Source: an uncultured Phycisphaerales bacterium
GTDB lineage: Bacteria > Planctomycetota > Phycisphaerae > Sedimentisphaerales > Anaerobacaceae
Length of the DNA: 64,000 nt
Assembly (NCBI GenBank): GCA_963772725.1
Contig: CAVYYI010000005.1
Location: forward strand, 212,244 to 276,243
Direction: 5' to 3'
The notes beneath the pieces were generated by a model. That model ran no database searches and was not told the DNA's origin. It saw only the letters and a program-made list of their open reading frames with translations. Made by a program: the position numbers and the translations under genes. How positions within the stretch are numbered: the first letter of the stretch is position 1; every line of letters begins with the position of its first letter. This document shows, piece after piece, positions 50,776-61,129 of the stretch.

Positions 50776-52659
50776 CTAAGGCTCAATTCTTTCCTGTTTA
50801 ATGAGATTTAAAAGTTTTTCCAGATGCTTTTCATAAACACCTCTCGGGGTAGTATCATATTTTTTACAAAGATACGCTGCACGACCTACAACTTCTCCCA
50901 TCATTCCGCAGGTTTTCATAAGTCTCATAGGGCCGGTTCCTACATGAGTAACGCTTATATCCCGTCCTGCCATAAAAAGGTTCGCTATGTTTCTCGAATA
51001 AAAACATCTGTAGGGTATGGGATATGGCTTAACTTTTTGCCAAAAATATACGTTTTTTTTAGTTTCTTCTGCCGGGCCATAAAATCTCCAAAAACATTTA
51101 ACCATAAATTCTTTTCCGGGGAAGTATTTGGAATTATTGTTATCGGGATAGTGAAGCTCTATCGGCCAGGTGGTAGGCACGCAACCGTCCGGATATATTT
51201 TCTCATTCATGTAATCCTGTTCTTTAAGGATGATGTCTCCCAAAAGCCGCCTGCTTTCCTGTTTTCCAAGAACATATCCAACCCACGAGAGTTCCCGTTT
51301 CTCATATTTGGCCTTATCTCTGCTTTCGTTTACGAGAAATGACCAGTTGCCGTAAATTGCTCTGAAAAAGTGGTCGCGGATTTCTTCCGCCTGGTCGATT
51401 TGATTATAGACCCATCCGCCGACTTCCCATGTCCATTCCCCTCGTATAGTTTTCTGGCAGCTCTGTTCGTTGAAGTCAAGAGCCCATGGGCATTTTGGAA
51501 AACTGACAGGTTCCTTTGTTTCGTCACTTCTCCATAGTATTGTGCAGCCCATAACATTTCCGTCCGCTACTTCCGGCATCAATGATTCTTCGCCTGTCTC
51601 GGATTTGGATTCCCTTCCCATTCGATAATCTGCCCCGGCCAAATAACCTATTGTGCCGTCTCCTGTACAATCTGCGAACAAACTTGCGGGAAAACGAAGT
51701 TCTGTACTATTTTCGGTATGTTTTGCTATCACGGCGGTTATTTTATTACCATTTTTCTCTACCTTAAAAGCATGCATATTCAGAAACAATTTCAGATTCT
51801 TCTCTGCTTTGGCTACCCAGAGCTTGCGAAGGTCCCCGTATGCCTCTGGGATATCCGCATTGGTCGGAATTTTAGAAGGCGGCAAATCGGGAGGCTGAGA
51901 ATCAAGCTCCATTACAACTCTGCCTAATTCTGGAAACGGCTCTTGAAACACTCCTCCAATTAAATGAACACGCACCTCTGAACTGTTATTTCCGCCTAAA
52001 ACGGGCCTGTTCTGGATAAGAGCTGTTTTAAGTCCTAACCGTGAAGCGGTTATTGCCGTACATTCGCCGGCTAATCCGCCTCCAACAACCACTAAATCAA
52101 ATTGCCCCGCGTCAGGCGGTATTTGCGGAAGCCCCAATGCCTCTTTTCTGAATTCTGATAATTTGGAAATATCGCTTGGAGGATTGAAGTTTTTATCCCT
52201 GCTGAAAATAATCGCATCGAGTCTGCCATCAAAGCCTGTCATATCTTTTACAGAGAGTAAGACCGCATTGCTGCCAATATTCACTTCGCCGCCATAACTC
52301 CAGTGCCATTTCCCGTTGCCGTCTCCTCCAAAAACTTTGGTGACCGGTTCACCGTCTATAAACAGCATAAATTTACCCGGTCCATTGGAATATGGGGCCC
52401 AGTCTTTGGTACGAACCCAAAGATGATATTTTCCCGTCTCCGGAAACTTTACCTGTGTTTCAGCATCCTGGACAGGCCTGCCGAGTCCGTGAGCTAAAAG
52501 ATAAGGAGAGCCCATCTGGTCAATAAACTGCCCATCAGCTTTCCAGCCGCCTTTGTTATTAAAACCTTCCGCTTCAACAAATATCACATTTTCGGAACCC
52601 AAAGATACCTGCATTTGGATTATAAACACGAACGATAAATATTTACATAATTTAGTCAT
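50776..52659 (-). CDS. Secreted FAD-dependent oxidoreductase with an N-terminal carbohydrate-binding-like domain
   Basis: I set the start at MTKLCKYL, preceded by AAAGGAGG. A beta-rich N-terminal domain of about 150 aa is followed by the dinucleotide fold FDLVVVGGGLAGECTAITASRLG...VLGGNNSSE. Confidence 0.75.
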   Translation of the reverse strand: MTKLCKYLSFVFIIQMQVSLGSENVIFVEAEGFNNKGGWKADGQFIDQMGSPYLLAHGLGRPVQDAETQVKFPETGKYHLWVRTKDWAPYSNGPGKFMLFIDGEPVTKVFGGDGNGKWHWSYGGEVNIGSNAVLLSVKDMTGFDGRLDAIIFSRDKNFNPPSDISKLSEFRKEALGLPQIPPDAGQFDLVVVGGGLAGECTAITASRLGLKTALIQNRPVLGGNNSSEVRVHLIGGVFQEPFPELGRVVMELDSQPPDLPPSKIPTNADIPEAYGDLRKLWVAKAEKNLKLFLNMHAFKVEKNGNKITAVIAKHTENSTELRFPASLFADCTGDGTIGYLAGADYRMGRESKSETGEESLMPEVADGNVMGCTILWRSDETKEPVSFPKCPWALDFNEQSCQKTIRGEWTWEVGGWVYNQIDQAEEIRDHFFRAIYGNWSFLVNESRDKAKYEKRELSWVGYVLGKQESRRLLGDIILKEQDYMNEKIYPDGCVPTTWPIELHYPDNNNSKYFPGKEFMVKCFWRFYGPAEETKKNVYFWQKVKPYPIPYRCFYSRNIANLFMAGRDISVTHVGTGPMRLMKTCGMMGEVVGRAAYLCKKYDTTPRGVYEKHLEKLLNLIKQERIEP

Positions 52660-52807
52660 ACATAGCCTCCTTTTTTCCTGCAAAAAATAGCGTATAGAAA
52701 TCATTATTTTATATTTGCCCGTATATAAGTTATTTTCATGATTAAAAAAATGGCTAAGATTGACTAATCCATGCCAATTTTTGACTTTTTTAAAAGTCCT
52801 GCTCACT

Positions 52808-53722
52808 TCAATGATTTGTACGCAAATTTTTGAATAATTGCGGTGAAATACCGAAGATTTTTTTGAACGTACGAGAAAAATGATACTGGTCATCAAAACC
52901 AAGTTCAAAAGCTATTTCTTTTATAAGAATACCCGGCTGTTGAAGACGTTCAGCGGCAGCGGCCATTTTTAAGTACATCAAATATTTATAGGGGCTTTGC
53001 GTATCAAACCGTTTAAATAATCTGCATAAATAAGTTTCATCAATCCTGCAGTAATCTGCAATACTTTTTAATGAATTTAATTCAATAAATTTATCCTGAA
53101 TACTTTGTCGGCAACTTTGATAAGTCGTAAATGACCCAAGCAATTTCGCTTCTGTCGTAACTTTTGTTTCAGCGATTCTATAAAATAAATACTGGAACAG
53201 TATCGAGCAAACCATGGATTTGTATCGGCTTCCTGAAAGGCCATGGTTAATTATATCATCAAGGATTCTGGCAATTTCATCCGGCCTGCTTACAAGAACT
53301 ACCGTTCCTGGAGTTGAGACATATTTCTTAAGTACGTGTTTGGCGGAATTCCCTATGAAATCGATGAAATATTTTGTCATTACGTGTCTTGGATCGGTTG
53401 TGATTATCTGGCTAATGTGCGGCCCATACGAAAAAACAGTTCCGGGAGTCAGAGTAAATGAATGACCGGCTAAAATCGTGGTACCTTCTCCCTTTGCTAC
53501 AAATTCTATTGAATAATATGGGAAATCTTTTCTGTCTATCCTGAAATCAGAGCTTGTCTGTTCGCAACCGCCGCAGATAATTTTGACTTCTGAACTTTTG
53601 CGAAAAGCCCCCTCAACATAAAATCGTCTGGCCTGAACCACCTGTTTGGAAAAAAAATCAGGTTCTTTTGTTAGTTTCATTAGGGCACTCCCAAAAGTCA
53701 ATAAATGACATGCCTTAGTCAA
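52808..53722 (-). CDS. AraC-family transcriptional regulator
   Basis: It has an N-terminal cupin-like sensor and a C-terminal double HTH (IADYCRIDETYLCRLFKRF...IKEIAFELGFDDQYHFSRTFKKIFGISP). The alternative start Met15 is at 53680. Confidence 0.88.
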   Translation of the reverse strand: MTKACHLLTFGSALMKLTKEPDFFSKQVVQARRFYVEGAFRKSSEVKIICGGCEQTSSDFRIDRKDFPYYSIEFVAKGEGTTILAGHSFTLTPGTVFSYGPHISQIITTDPRHVMTKYFIDFIGNSAKHVLKKYVSTPGTVVLVSRPDEIARILDDIINHGLSGSRYKSMVCSILFQYLFYRIAETKVTTEAKLLGSFTTYQSCRQSIQDKFIELNSLKSIADYCRIDETYLCRLFKRFDTQSPYKYLMYLKMAAAAERLQQPGILIKEIAFELGFDDQYHFSRTFKKIFGISPQLFKNLRTNH

Positions 53723-53830
53723 TATTAGCCATTTTTTAGCATTATACTTAAATTATAATACATTAGTCAATAAGATATAAAATCAATTTTTCAGGCTGGC
53801 TCAAAAACGTATTACTGAATATGTATGTAA

Positions 53831-54343
53831 TTTAAAAGGCGGATAAAATGCAATTCATGGAACGGCAATTTTCTCGCCGATATAGGCCCCGCGCCTGAGG
53901 GGACAATGCCAGATGAATTCTACAAACTCTGCGATAAACTTGCGAAATGGAACGCGCAGAATGGCATCTCGCTTAAAAACGTAAAAGGCGGCCCATGGCC
54001 GGAAAAGTCGAATACGCCTGTAACGATAAAGAGCGATACGTGGTATCTTTTTGGATTGCAGACGGAAAAGAGCAAGGTACAAAACAGTGTCAAGGTATCT
54101 GCTTCGGCGGGCAAGGGCGGCATATAGAATCCTGAGGATGTTACTAAAAATTATGAAGAGGAAGTGGTCGATTACCCTGTCGAAAAAGTTTTTGAGCTTA
54201 AGGATGTAAAAAAACCTGCAGAGGTAAAACTTCTGCGAACCGGCGAAAAACTTGATTACACTTTTGAAAACGGCAATCTCAAAATAGTCCTGCCGGTTGA
54301 AAAAGCGACAACTCTCGTTGATGTCGTTGCTGTTACGTGGTAA
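53831..54343 (+). pseudogene. 5'-truncated remnant of a GH29-like fucosidase (C-terminal about 165 codons, with an in-frame TAG at 54125)
   Basis: The frame opens only at 53831. It reads SWNGNFLADIGPAPEGTMPDEFYKLCDKLAKWNAQNG (compare NGNLLLSIPVRADGTIDEDE...IGDWMQINKE in the intact GH29), then ...KLLRTGEKLDYTFENGNLKIVLP..VDVVAVTW-stop. No catalytic domain lies upstream. Confidence 0.65.
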
Positions 54344-54413
54344 TTTTTTTATTCCGGCTCCTGGATTCTGTTAAAATATTGCAGAATATCTGAGAAAAGA
54401 TACAATTACGCTA

Positions 54414-56312
54414 ATGAGTAATATATTGGAACAGATAAACGGGCCGGAAGACCTCAAAAAGCTTACGGCGGCGGAGTTGAAAGAACTGGCCGGCGAAATA
54501 CGCCAGTTCATACTCGATTCAGTCAGCAGAACAGGCGGGCATCTGGCGAGCAATCTCGGCGTCGTGGAGTTGACGCTTGCGCTGCATTACGTCTTCGATT
54601 TCCAAAATGACCGGCTGCTGTGGGATGTCGGTCATCAGTGTTATACGCACAAAATCATCACCAGCAGAAAAGAGCTGTTTCGCCGACTGCGCCAGCCTGA
54701 CGGCCTGAGCGGTTTTCCCAGTCCCGCGGAAAGCGTTTACGACTCCTTCTTCGTGGGCCACGCTGGAACTGCCGCGGCAACCGCCATTGGAATGGCCCTC
54801 GGTAAAGCTCTCAAGCAGAAGAACAATAGAGTCGTTGCTGTCGTGGGCGACGCAAGTATCGTCAACGGCCTGTCGCTTGAGGCGTTAAACAATCTCGGTC
54901 TGGTGAAAAGGCAGCTCCTTATCATTCTCAACGACAATTCGATGGCGATTGACGCCACACAGGGCGCCGTAGCGAAATATTTTTCAAAGATGCGGCTGAG
55001 CCAGAAATACGAAGACTTGCGGGCAAGAACAAATAATCTTCTCGAACATCTGCCCCTGGGTAAAGGGATGGAAGATGCGATTGAACGAATCAAAAAGACG
55101 ATTCGTATGACAATACCTGGCAGCCAGATGTTCGAGGGTATGAACATACCGTATTTCGGCCCTGTGGACGGACACGATATTGAGTCTCTGATACAGGTCT
55201 TTTTGAGGCTGGAACGATTTAACCGGCCGGTGATTCTCCACGTCCATACTAAAAAAGGTGAGGGCTTTGCACCTGCGGGCCAAGACCCGAGTAAATTTCA
55301 CTCCACCGGACCTTTCGAGTTAAACGGCGACACAGGGGAATCGGACACAATACTTCCAGGCCAGAGCTTTACAAAAGTTTTCGGTGAACATCTCGTCAAA
55401 CTCGCCGAACAGGACAGCGACATTGTAGCTATAACATCGGCGATGTGTGACGGAACTGGTTTGAGCGAATTTCGCGAAAAATTTCCAACAAGATTTTTCG
55501 ATGTCGGCATCGCCGAGGAGGCGGCTGTTGATATCGCCGCCGGCTTGGCAAAGAGCGGATGTAAGCCGGTGGTCTGTATTTACTCCACTTTTTTACAGCG
55601 GAGTTTCGATGAGATATTCCAGGAGGTCGCCTTGCAGAATCTGCCGGTTGTGTTCTGTATCGATAGGGCGGGTTTTGTGGGTGCGGATGGTCCGACCCAT
55701 CATGGACTGATGGATATCGGCTTTATGCGGATGATGCCCAATATGATTCTGATTTCCCCTGCCAACGATGTTGAAATGAAACTTGCCCTGGATTTTGCTT
55801 TCACCGCAAACAGGCCGGTCGTCATCAGGTATCCCAAAGATATTGCTGTTGCTACTGATAATGCTGATATTATCGGACAATGCAATGTGCCGTTCGAACT
55901 GGGCAAATCCGTAACCGTTAAAAGCAGCCCCAATTCAAAAGTCTTCATAATCTCTTACGGCTCTGTCCTGACAGAGGCGGTTAAGGCAGCAAAACTTCTG
56001 AATCACGACGGAGTTGAGGCCGATGTGATTAACGCCCGGTTCGCCGAACCCATAGACGATAAGATAATATCCCTTGTCAGTTCCGGCAAAAATGCGATAA
56101 TAATTGAAGACCACGCGACGGCGTGCGGGTTTGGTTCCGCGGTTCTTGAGGCCGCTGTTACTATGCCAAAATCGAAGCGTGGCGCGATAAGAATTATCGG
56201 CAGTCCGAAACAGTTTATCGGACATAATTCCCGCAAGGTGCAGCTTATGCAGATTGGTATAAACGCCGATAAGATAGCCAATACGGCAAAGGAATTGATT
56301 ACTAATGGCTAA
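54414..56312 (+). CDS. dxs: 1-deoxy-D-xylulose-5-phosphate synthase
   Basis: The 632-aa ORF is intact and contains GGHLASNLGVVELTLALHYVF, WDVGHQCYTHKI, VVGDASIVNGLSLEALN and DRAGFVGADGPTHHG. Confidence 0.95.
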   Translation: MSNILEQINGPEDLKKLTAAELKELAGEIRQFILDSVSRTGGHLASNLGVVELTLALHYVFDFQNDRLLWDVGHQCYTHKIITSRKELFRRLRQPDGLSGFPSPAESVYDSFFVGHAGTAAATAIGMALGKALKQKNNRVVAVVGDASIVNGLSLEALNNLGLVKRQLLIILNDNSMAIDATQGAVAKYFSKMRLSQKYEDLRARTNNLLEHLPLGKGMEDAIERIKKTIRMTIPGSQMFEGMNIPYFGPVDGHDIESLIQVFLRLERFNRPVILHVHTKKGEGFAPAGQDPSKFHSTGPFELNGDTGESDTILPGQSFTKVFGEHLVKLAEQDSDIVAITSAMCDGTGLSEFREKFPTRFFDVGIAEEAAVDIAAGLAKSGCKPVVCIYSTFLQRSFDEIFQEVALQNLPVVFCIDRAGFVGADGPTHHGLMDIGFMRMMPNMILISPANDVEMKLALDFAFTANRPVVIRYPKDIAVATDNADIIGQCNVPFELGKSVTVKSSPNSKVFIISYGSVLTEAVKAAKLLNHDGVEADVINARFAEPIDDKIISLVSSGKNAIIIEDHATACGFGSAVLEAAVTMPKSKRGAIRIIGSPKQFIGHNSRKVQLMQIGINADKIANTAKELITNG

Positions 56313-57168
56313 AAAACTGCCCAGTTTGGTAATTTTCGGTGACCCCAAAAAAGGTCACGTCAATGAGGCTGTCGCTTCCTTTACGGACTTCGTCAAAGAT
56401 AAAGCTGAAATCCTCGCAAGTTATTGCGTCGATGAATGCACCGTTGATATTTTCGACAAGTGCAATTACGCCATAGTTTTCGGCGGCGACGGAACTATCA
56501 TCTCAGCCGCTAGAAATCTCAAACAAAGCAGCGTCCCTGTCATTGGCGTCAACGTCGGCAAACTCGGTTTTCTCGCGGAATTCAGCCTCGCCGAGCTTAA
56601 GCAGTATTTCGATATTATCATCGCTGGCAAAGCACATATCGAAAAACGCATGATGCTCAACTGCCGCGTTTTCCGTGATGAAAAAGAACAGCTTAGTGTG
56701 GCAGCCATTAATGATGTTTTCTTCACCTCCGGGCCGCCTTTTCGGATGATAGAGCTGAAAATATGCGTTGACGGCCAGTCGCTGGCGGGCTGTGTCAGCG
56801 ACGGACTGGTAATCGCTACACCGACCGGCTCAACGGCATATAATCTTTCCGCCGGCGGGCCTATTGTCTCCGGCAATATGGACGCTGTGGTAATAACACC
56901 GATATGCCCGCATTCATTGAGTTTCCGTCCGATAGTTATTAACGCCAGCAGCAGGATTGAGGTTGTTGGATTGCGGCTTAACGAAGGTACAACTGTCTCC
57001 ATTGACGGCCAGGTCTCATGGAAACTCCAGCAGGGCGATATTGTCAGGGTTCAAAAAGAAAAAAGCGATTTCCTCCTTGTAAATAACCCCCTGCGGACAC
57101 AATGGGATACCCTCGCGACCAAATTAGGCTGGGCAGAAAAGTTCAGATACAACAAAGGCAACCTGTAA
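56305..57168 (+). CDS. nadK: NAD kinase
   Basis: It contains FGGDGTIISAAR, GVNVGKLGFLAE and ATPTGSTAYNLSAGGPIV. It overlaps the dxs stop by 8 nt. Confidence 0.93.
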   Translation: MAKKLPSLVIFGDPKKGHVNEAVASFTDFVKDKAEILASYCVDECTVDIFDKCNYAIVFGGDGTIISAARNLKQSSVPVIGVNVGKLGFLAEFSLAELKQYFDIIIAGKAHIEKRMMLNCRVFRDEKEQLSVAAINDVFFTSGPPFRMIELKICVDGQSLAGCVSDGLVIATPTGSTAYNLSAGGPIVSGNMDAVVITPICPHSLSFRPIVINASSRIEVVGLRLNEGTTVSIDGQVSWKLQQGDIVRVQKEKSDFLLVNNPLRTQWDTLATKLGWAEKFRYNKGNL

Positions 57169-57221
57169 AACACACAAAAATTGTTCCCCCGCAAGTGTTT
57201 TTTTTTGAACGAAGCCCCTAA

Positions 57222-58853
57222 ATGGGCGATATAATACTTAGTATGAGGAGTAAAATAGAAAATTTTGTTGTGCCGCTGATGGTTTTGGCTGCGATATGTG
57301 AAATAAGCAGAGCCGCTAACCCTCCCGTTGCGGGCAGTCCTTTAGGCTCGGGTACGGTTCCTCCGACAACCTACCAGAGCGGTCTGATTCGCAGCCCTAA
57401 CCCGATGAATCCCAGCAGGGGCAACCTTGATGTTACAGGCAATCTTCGCGGCAACAGTTATTTTCGCGGTGTTGTGCCTTACGGTTCTACTTACGATTTC
57501 GGGGCGGCAGCTGGCAGCTCATATTTGGATTCTTTTGTGAGAAGCTCTGCGGGGGCGGAAAGCTACACCGGATACAGCAGAAGAGGTATGCCTTATTACG
57601 GTTCAAATACAACCGCTGGGATAATACCCGGCACGCGCGGCGTGGTAATGCCGCCGGCAGTTAATCCGACTGGTTACGGGTATTCTATTTACAGTCAGCG
57701 TATTTTGCCAATGGTGGGTACGCAGTATTCGCAAACAACGACGGGACCGGAAGCTCCGTATTCATATTACGGCACGCCTGTTACACCCACAACCGTAACT
57801 TCGGGTACCGTTGGCGCAAGGCCGATGTCTCCTTCGGCGCTGGAGCTGGAAAAGAAAATTTTCGGCAATTCTATCGTGCCGGCCGAGGGCGCGGCGAAAT
57901 TCGCTCAGCAGCAGACAAATCCGGCAAACCCCGCCCAGCCTTTGCGGCAATACCCCGCCGAGAACAAACAAACAACACAAGAGACTTCTCCGCAGATGCC
58001 GCAGAACCCGCTTCAATCGACGCTTGTCAATCCGACCGAAAAGCCGGTTCAAACAGCGGAGAGAAATACGACAACACTTATCGATACGCTTTCAAAGCCC
58101 GCCATTTCTTCACCTCAGGCAAAACTTGTTACCGCGGAAAAACCTGAACAGATGGATGTTTATGAGCAGATGAAAAAACAGGTTGAGGACTTCCAGAAGA
58201 GTTACAAAGAGCAGCAGGCTCTCGCGGCAAAGCAGAACAAGCCCGCCGCAGCGGAGAAACAGCCCGCCGAGGCTAACGCTGTTCCGGAAAAGGAACAAAC
58301 CTCGCAGGAAAAACTTGCCGCTGTTATTCAGAACGCTGCTGAGGCAAAGGGCATTCTCGGAGAGTACAAGTCTTTCACCACGTATTCACAGGACAGGTTT
58401 AATCAGTGCCTTAAAGCTGGCGAGGAAAATCTAAAGCAAAGCAAATACTATAAAGCCGCCGACGCCTACACACTGGCCGGCCTTTACAAGCCCAACGACC
58501 CGCTGCCCAACGCCGGAAAGAGCTATGCCCTTTTCGCGGCAGGCGAATACCTCAGCAGTTCGCTGTATCTGTCAAGGGCGATTTATATATTCCCTGAGTA
58601 TGTGCTGATTAAAGTTGACCTCGCAAGTATGCTCGGCGGCAGGGACATCATCGAAAAACGGTTAGCTGATATCCAGAAGCTGATAGGTATGAGCGAAGCC
58701 CCTGAATTGGAGTTTTTAATCGGTTATATCTATTATCAGACGGGTCGCCTCGACCTTGCCAAAAAGAACGCCGACTCCGCCGCCGCAAAAATGCCCCAGT
58801 CTGCCCCCGCCCAGATAATGAAAAAAGCCATCGACGACGCCGCTGCAAAATAA
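57222..58853 (+). CDS. Secreted low-complexity protein with a C-terminal TPR-like region
   Basis: A signal peptide is followed by a long G/S/P/T/Y-rich and then Q/K/E/P-rich region. The C-terminal roughly 150 aa are helical-repeat-like (YYKAADAYTLAGLYKPNDP...). Confidence 0.55.
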   Translation: MGDIILSMRSKIENFVVPLMVLAAICEISRAANPPVAGSPLGSGTVPPTTYQSGLIRSPNPMNPSRGNLDVTGNLRGNSYFRGVVPYGSTYDFGAAAGSSYLDSFVRSSAGAESYTGYSRRGMPYYGSNTTAGIIPGTRGVVMPPAVNPTGYGYSIYSQRILPMVGTQYSQTTTGPEAPYSYYGTPVTPTTVTSGTVGARPMSPSALELEKKIFGNSIVPAEGAAKFAQQQTNPANPAQPLRQYPAENKQTTQETSPQMPQNPLQSTLVNPTEKPVQTAERNTTTLIDTLSKPAISSPQAKLVTAEKPEQMDVYEQMKKQVEDFQKSYKEQQALAAKQNKPAAAEKQPAEANAVPEKEQTSQEKLAAVIQNAAEAKGILGEYKSFTTYSQDRFNQCLKAGEENLKQSKYYKAADAYTLAGLYKPNDPLPNAGKSYALFAAGEYLSSSLYLSRAIYIFPEYVLIKVDLASMLGGRDIIEKRLADIQKLIGMSEAPELEFLIGYIYYQTGRLDLAKKNADSAAAKMPQSAPAQIMKKAIDDAAAK

Positions 58854-58915
58854 CCACACATAAGCCGCCAACTTTATGTTGGGGGTTACTCGCGGAGAAT
58901 GTATAATGTGCGGCG

Positions 58916-60882
58916 ATGATAAGAGCAAATACAAGTTTAAGCGTAGAAGAAATACTCGCACCGGCGGGCCCAATAGCGAAAAAGTTCCCGGGTTTTGAAT
59001 CCCGACCTGAGCAAATCAAGATGGCACAGGCGGTTCAGCTTGCGATGAGTAAAGGCAGACGCCTCGCCGCTGAGGCAGGCACCGGTGTGGGCAAAAGTTT
59101 CGCGTATCTCGTCCCGGCTATCGACGCGGTCAGCCAAAAAGCTGGCAAAGTTCTAATCAGCACTTATACAATCACCCTTCAGGAACAGCTAATCAATAAA
59201 GACATTCCGTTTCTGGCCGGCTGTCTGAGCAACACCTTTTCCGCCGTCCTCGCGAAAGGCCGCAGCAATTACCTTTGCCGGCGCCGACTGCGATTTGCCC
59301 TAACAAAAGGCCGGGCGATGTTCACGCAGTTGTATGACGAACTCGAAGAGATGAGCCGCTGGGCCGAGCAAACCAACGACGGCTCATTAAGCGATATACC
59401 CTTCACCCCAAGCCCCCAGGCCTGGGACGCCGTCTGCAGCGAACACGGCAACTGTCCCGGCAGAAAGTGCGGCAACTTCCAGGATTGCTTCTACCGCCGC
59501 GCAAGAAGAAGACTCGACAACGCCGACATTATCGTCGCCAATCACGCCCTTATGTTCAGCGACCTCGTCCTCAAGGAAGCCGACTTCGACCTGCTCCCAG
59601 AATACCACTACGTCATCATCGACGAGGCCCACAATATCGAGCACGTCGCCGAAGACCAGTTCGGCATCGACTTGAGTGACCGCAAAATCAAATACACCCT
59701 CAACAGCCTCTACAACCCCGCAACGCACAAAGGCCTGCTCGCCTTCAAAGATAACGCCGACAACGCCATCGAAATCGCCCGCAGAATATCCAAAGACAGC
59801 CGCACCTTCTTCGACAACGTCCGCAAATGGTACGAATCGAACCGCGACGACACCGGTGGCCGATGCTACAAAAACTTCATCAACGACAACCTCTCATCGT
59901 CCCTCAAGCAGCTCACCAGCGAATTGAACGGCATGTCCAACCGCATCGAGGACGTCGATGAAAAATTCGAAATCATCAGATACGTCAACAACTGCGCCGG
60001 CATCGCCAAAGACTTAAAAGACTTTTTACATCAAGAAAAAACCGATTGCGTTTACTGGATTGAGGCCGGCTCAAAAATCAAATCCGCCGTCCGCCTCAAA
60101 AGCGCACCCCTCAACGTCGGCCCCGATGTCAAAAAATACCTCTTCGATAAATTTGAGTCCGTCATAATGACCTCCGCCACTCTCAGCAGCGACGGCGCCG
60201 ACGTTAAATCCGGCTTCGACTTCTTCGCCTCCAGAATCAGCCTGGAGAATTTCGACGCCGTCAAACTCGGCTCGCCATTCGATTACGAAAATCAGGTCAC
60301 TCTCTATATCGAAAAGGCTTTGCCCGACCCCAACGAGCCCAACTTCACCAACGCCGCCGCGCAGACTATAAAAAAATATCTCCTCCAAACACAGGGCCAC
60401 GCCTTCGTCCTTTTCACCAGCTATGAAATGCTCGACTCCATCGCCGCACAAATGACCGGCTGGCTTCTCGAAAACGGCATCGAACTTTTACAGCAGGGCA
60501 CCGGCATCGACCGAGCGCACTGCTCAAACATTTCAAATCCGCCGACAAAGCCGCCCTCTTCGGCACCGACAGTTTCTGGCAGGGCGTCGACGTCCCCGGC
60601 GAAGCACTCTCCAACGTCATAATCGTCCGCCTGCCCTTCGCCGTCCCCAACCAGCCGCTGCTTGCAGGCCGCATCGAACAAATCAAAGAACAGGGCGGCA
60701 ACCCATTCTTCGATTACCAGCTGCCGTCAGCCATCATAAAATTCAAACAGGGTTTTGGCCGACTCATTCGCTGCAAAACCGACACCGGCATCGTCGTCGT
60801 ACTCGACAACAGAATCATAAACAAACCCTACGGCCGCCGCTTCCTCTCAGCTATCCCAAAATGTAAAACCCAAATCGTCTGA
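58916..60882 (+). CDS. dinG: DinG/Rad3-family ATP-dependent DNA helicase (Fe-S type); one frame switch near 60514
   Basis: It has Walker A EAGTGVGKSFAYL, four Cys (YLCRRR, VCSEHGNCPGRKCGNFQDCF) and the DEAH box IIDEAHNIE. After the switch it reads ALFGTDSFWQGVDVPGEALSNVIIVRLPF ... FKQGFGRLIR. Confidence 0.85.
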
Positions 60883-60920
60883 CACTCCGCTGTTTTTTTG
60901 GGGGGGGGGTAAAAGCGAAA

Positions 60921-60994
60921 TGCGCCCGAAGGGATTCGAACCCCTGACCTACGGATTAGAAATCCGTTGCTCTATCCAGCTGAGCTACGGGCGC
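60921..60994 (-). tRNA. tRNA-Arg (anticodon TCT)
   Basis: The cloverleaf has acceptor GCGCCCG/CGGGCGC, D stem GCTC/GAGC, anticodon stem ACGGA/TCCGT with loop TTTCTAA, and T arm AGGGG-TTCGAAT-CCCTT. Confidence 0.9.
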
Positions 60995-61129
60995 AACAAC
61001 TTATAAATAAGAGACTTATAAAAATAAAAATTTTTGCAATTATTTACAAATACAACCTTGACTACAACCAAATCGTAGTTTACACTATAATTATGTTTAA
61101 CGGTCTCGTTATAGTTAAGGAACTTAATC

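Noticed and set aside
52660-52908. An N-terminal 83-codon extension of the FAD-oxidoreductase ORF that overlaps the AraC 3' end.
   Set aside because: A strong AAAGGAGG RBS and a signal peptide begin at Met 52659. The extension is AT-rich intergenic or terminator DNA.
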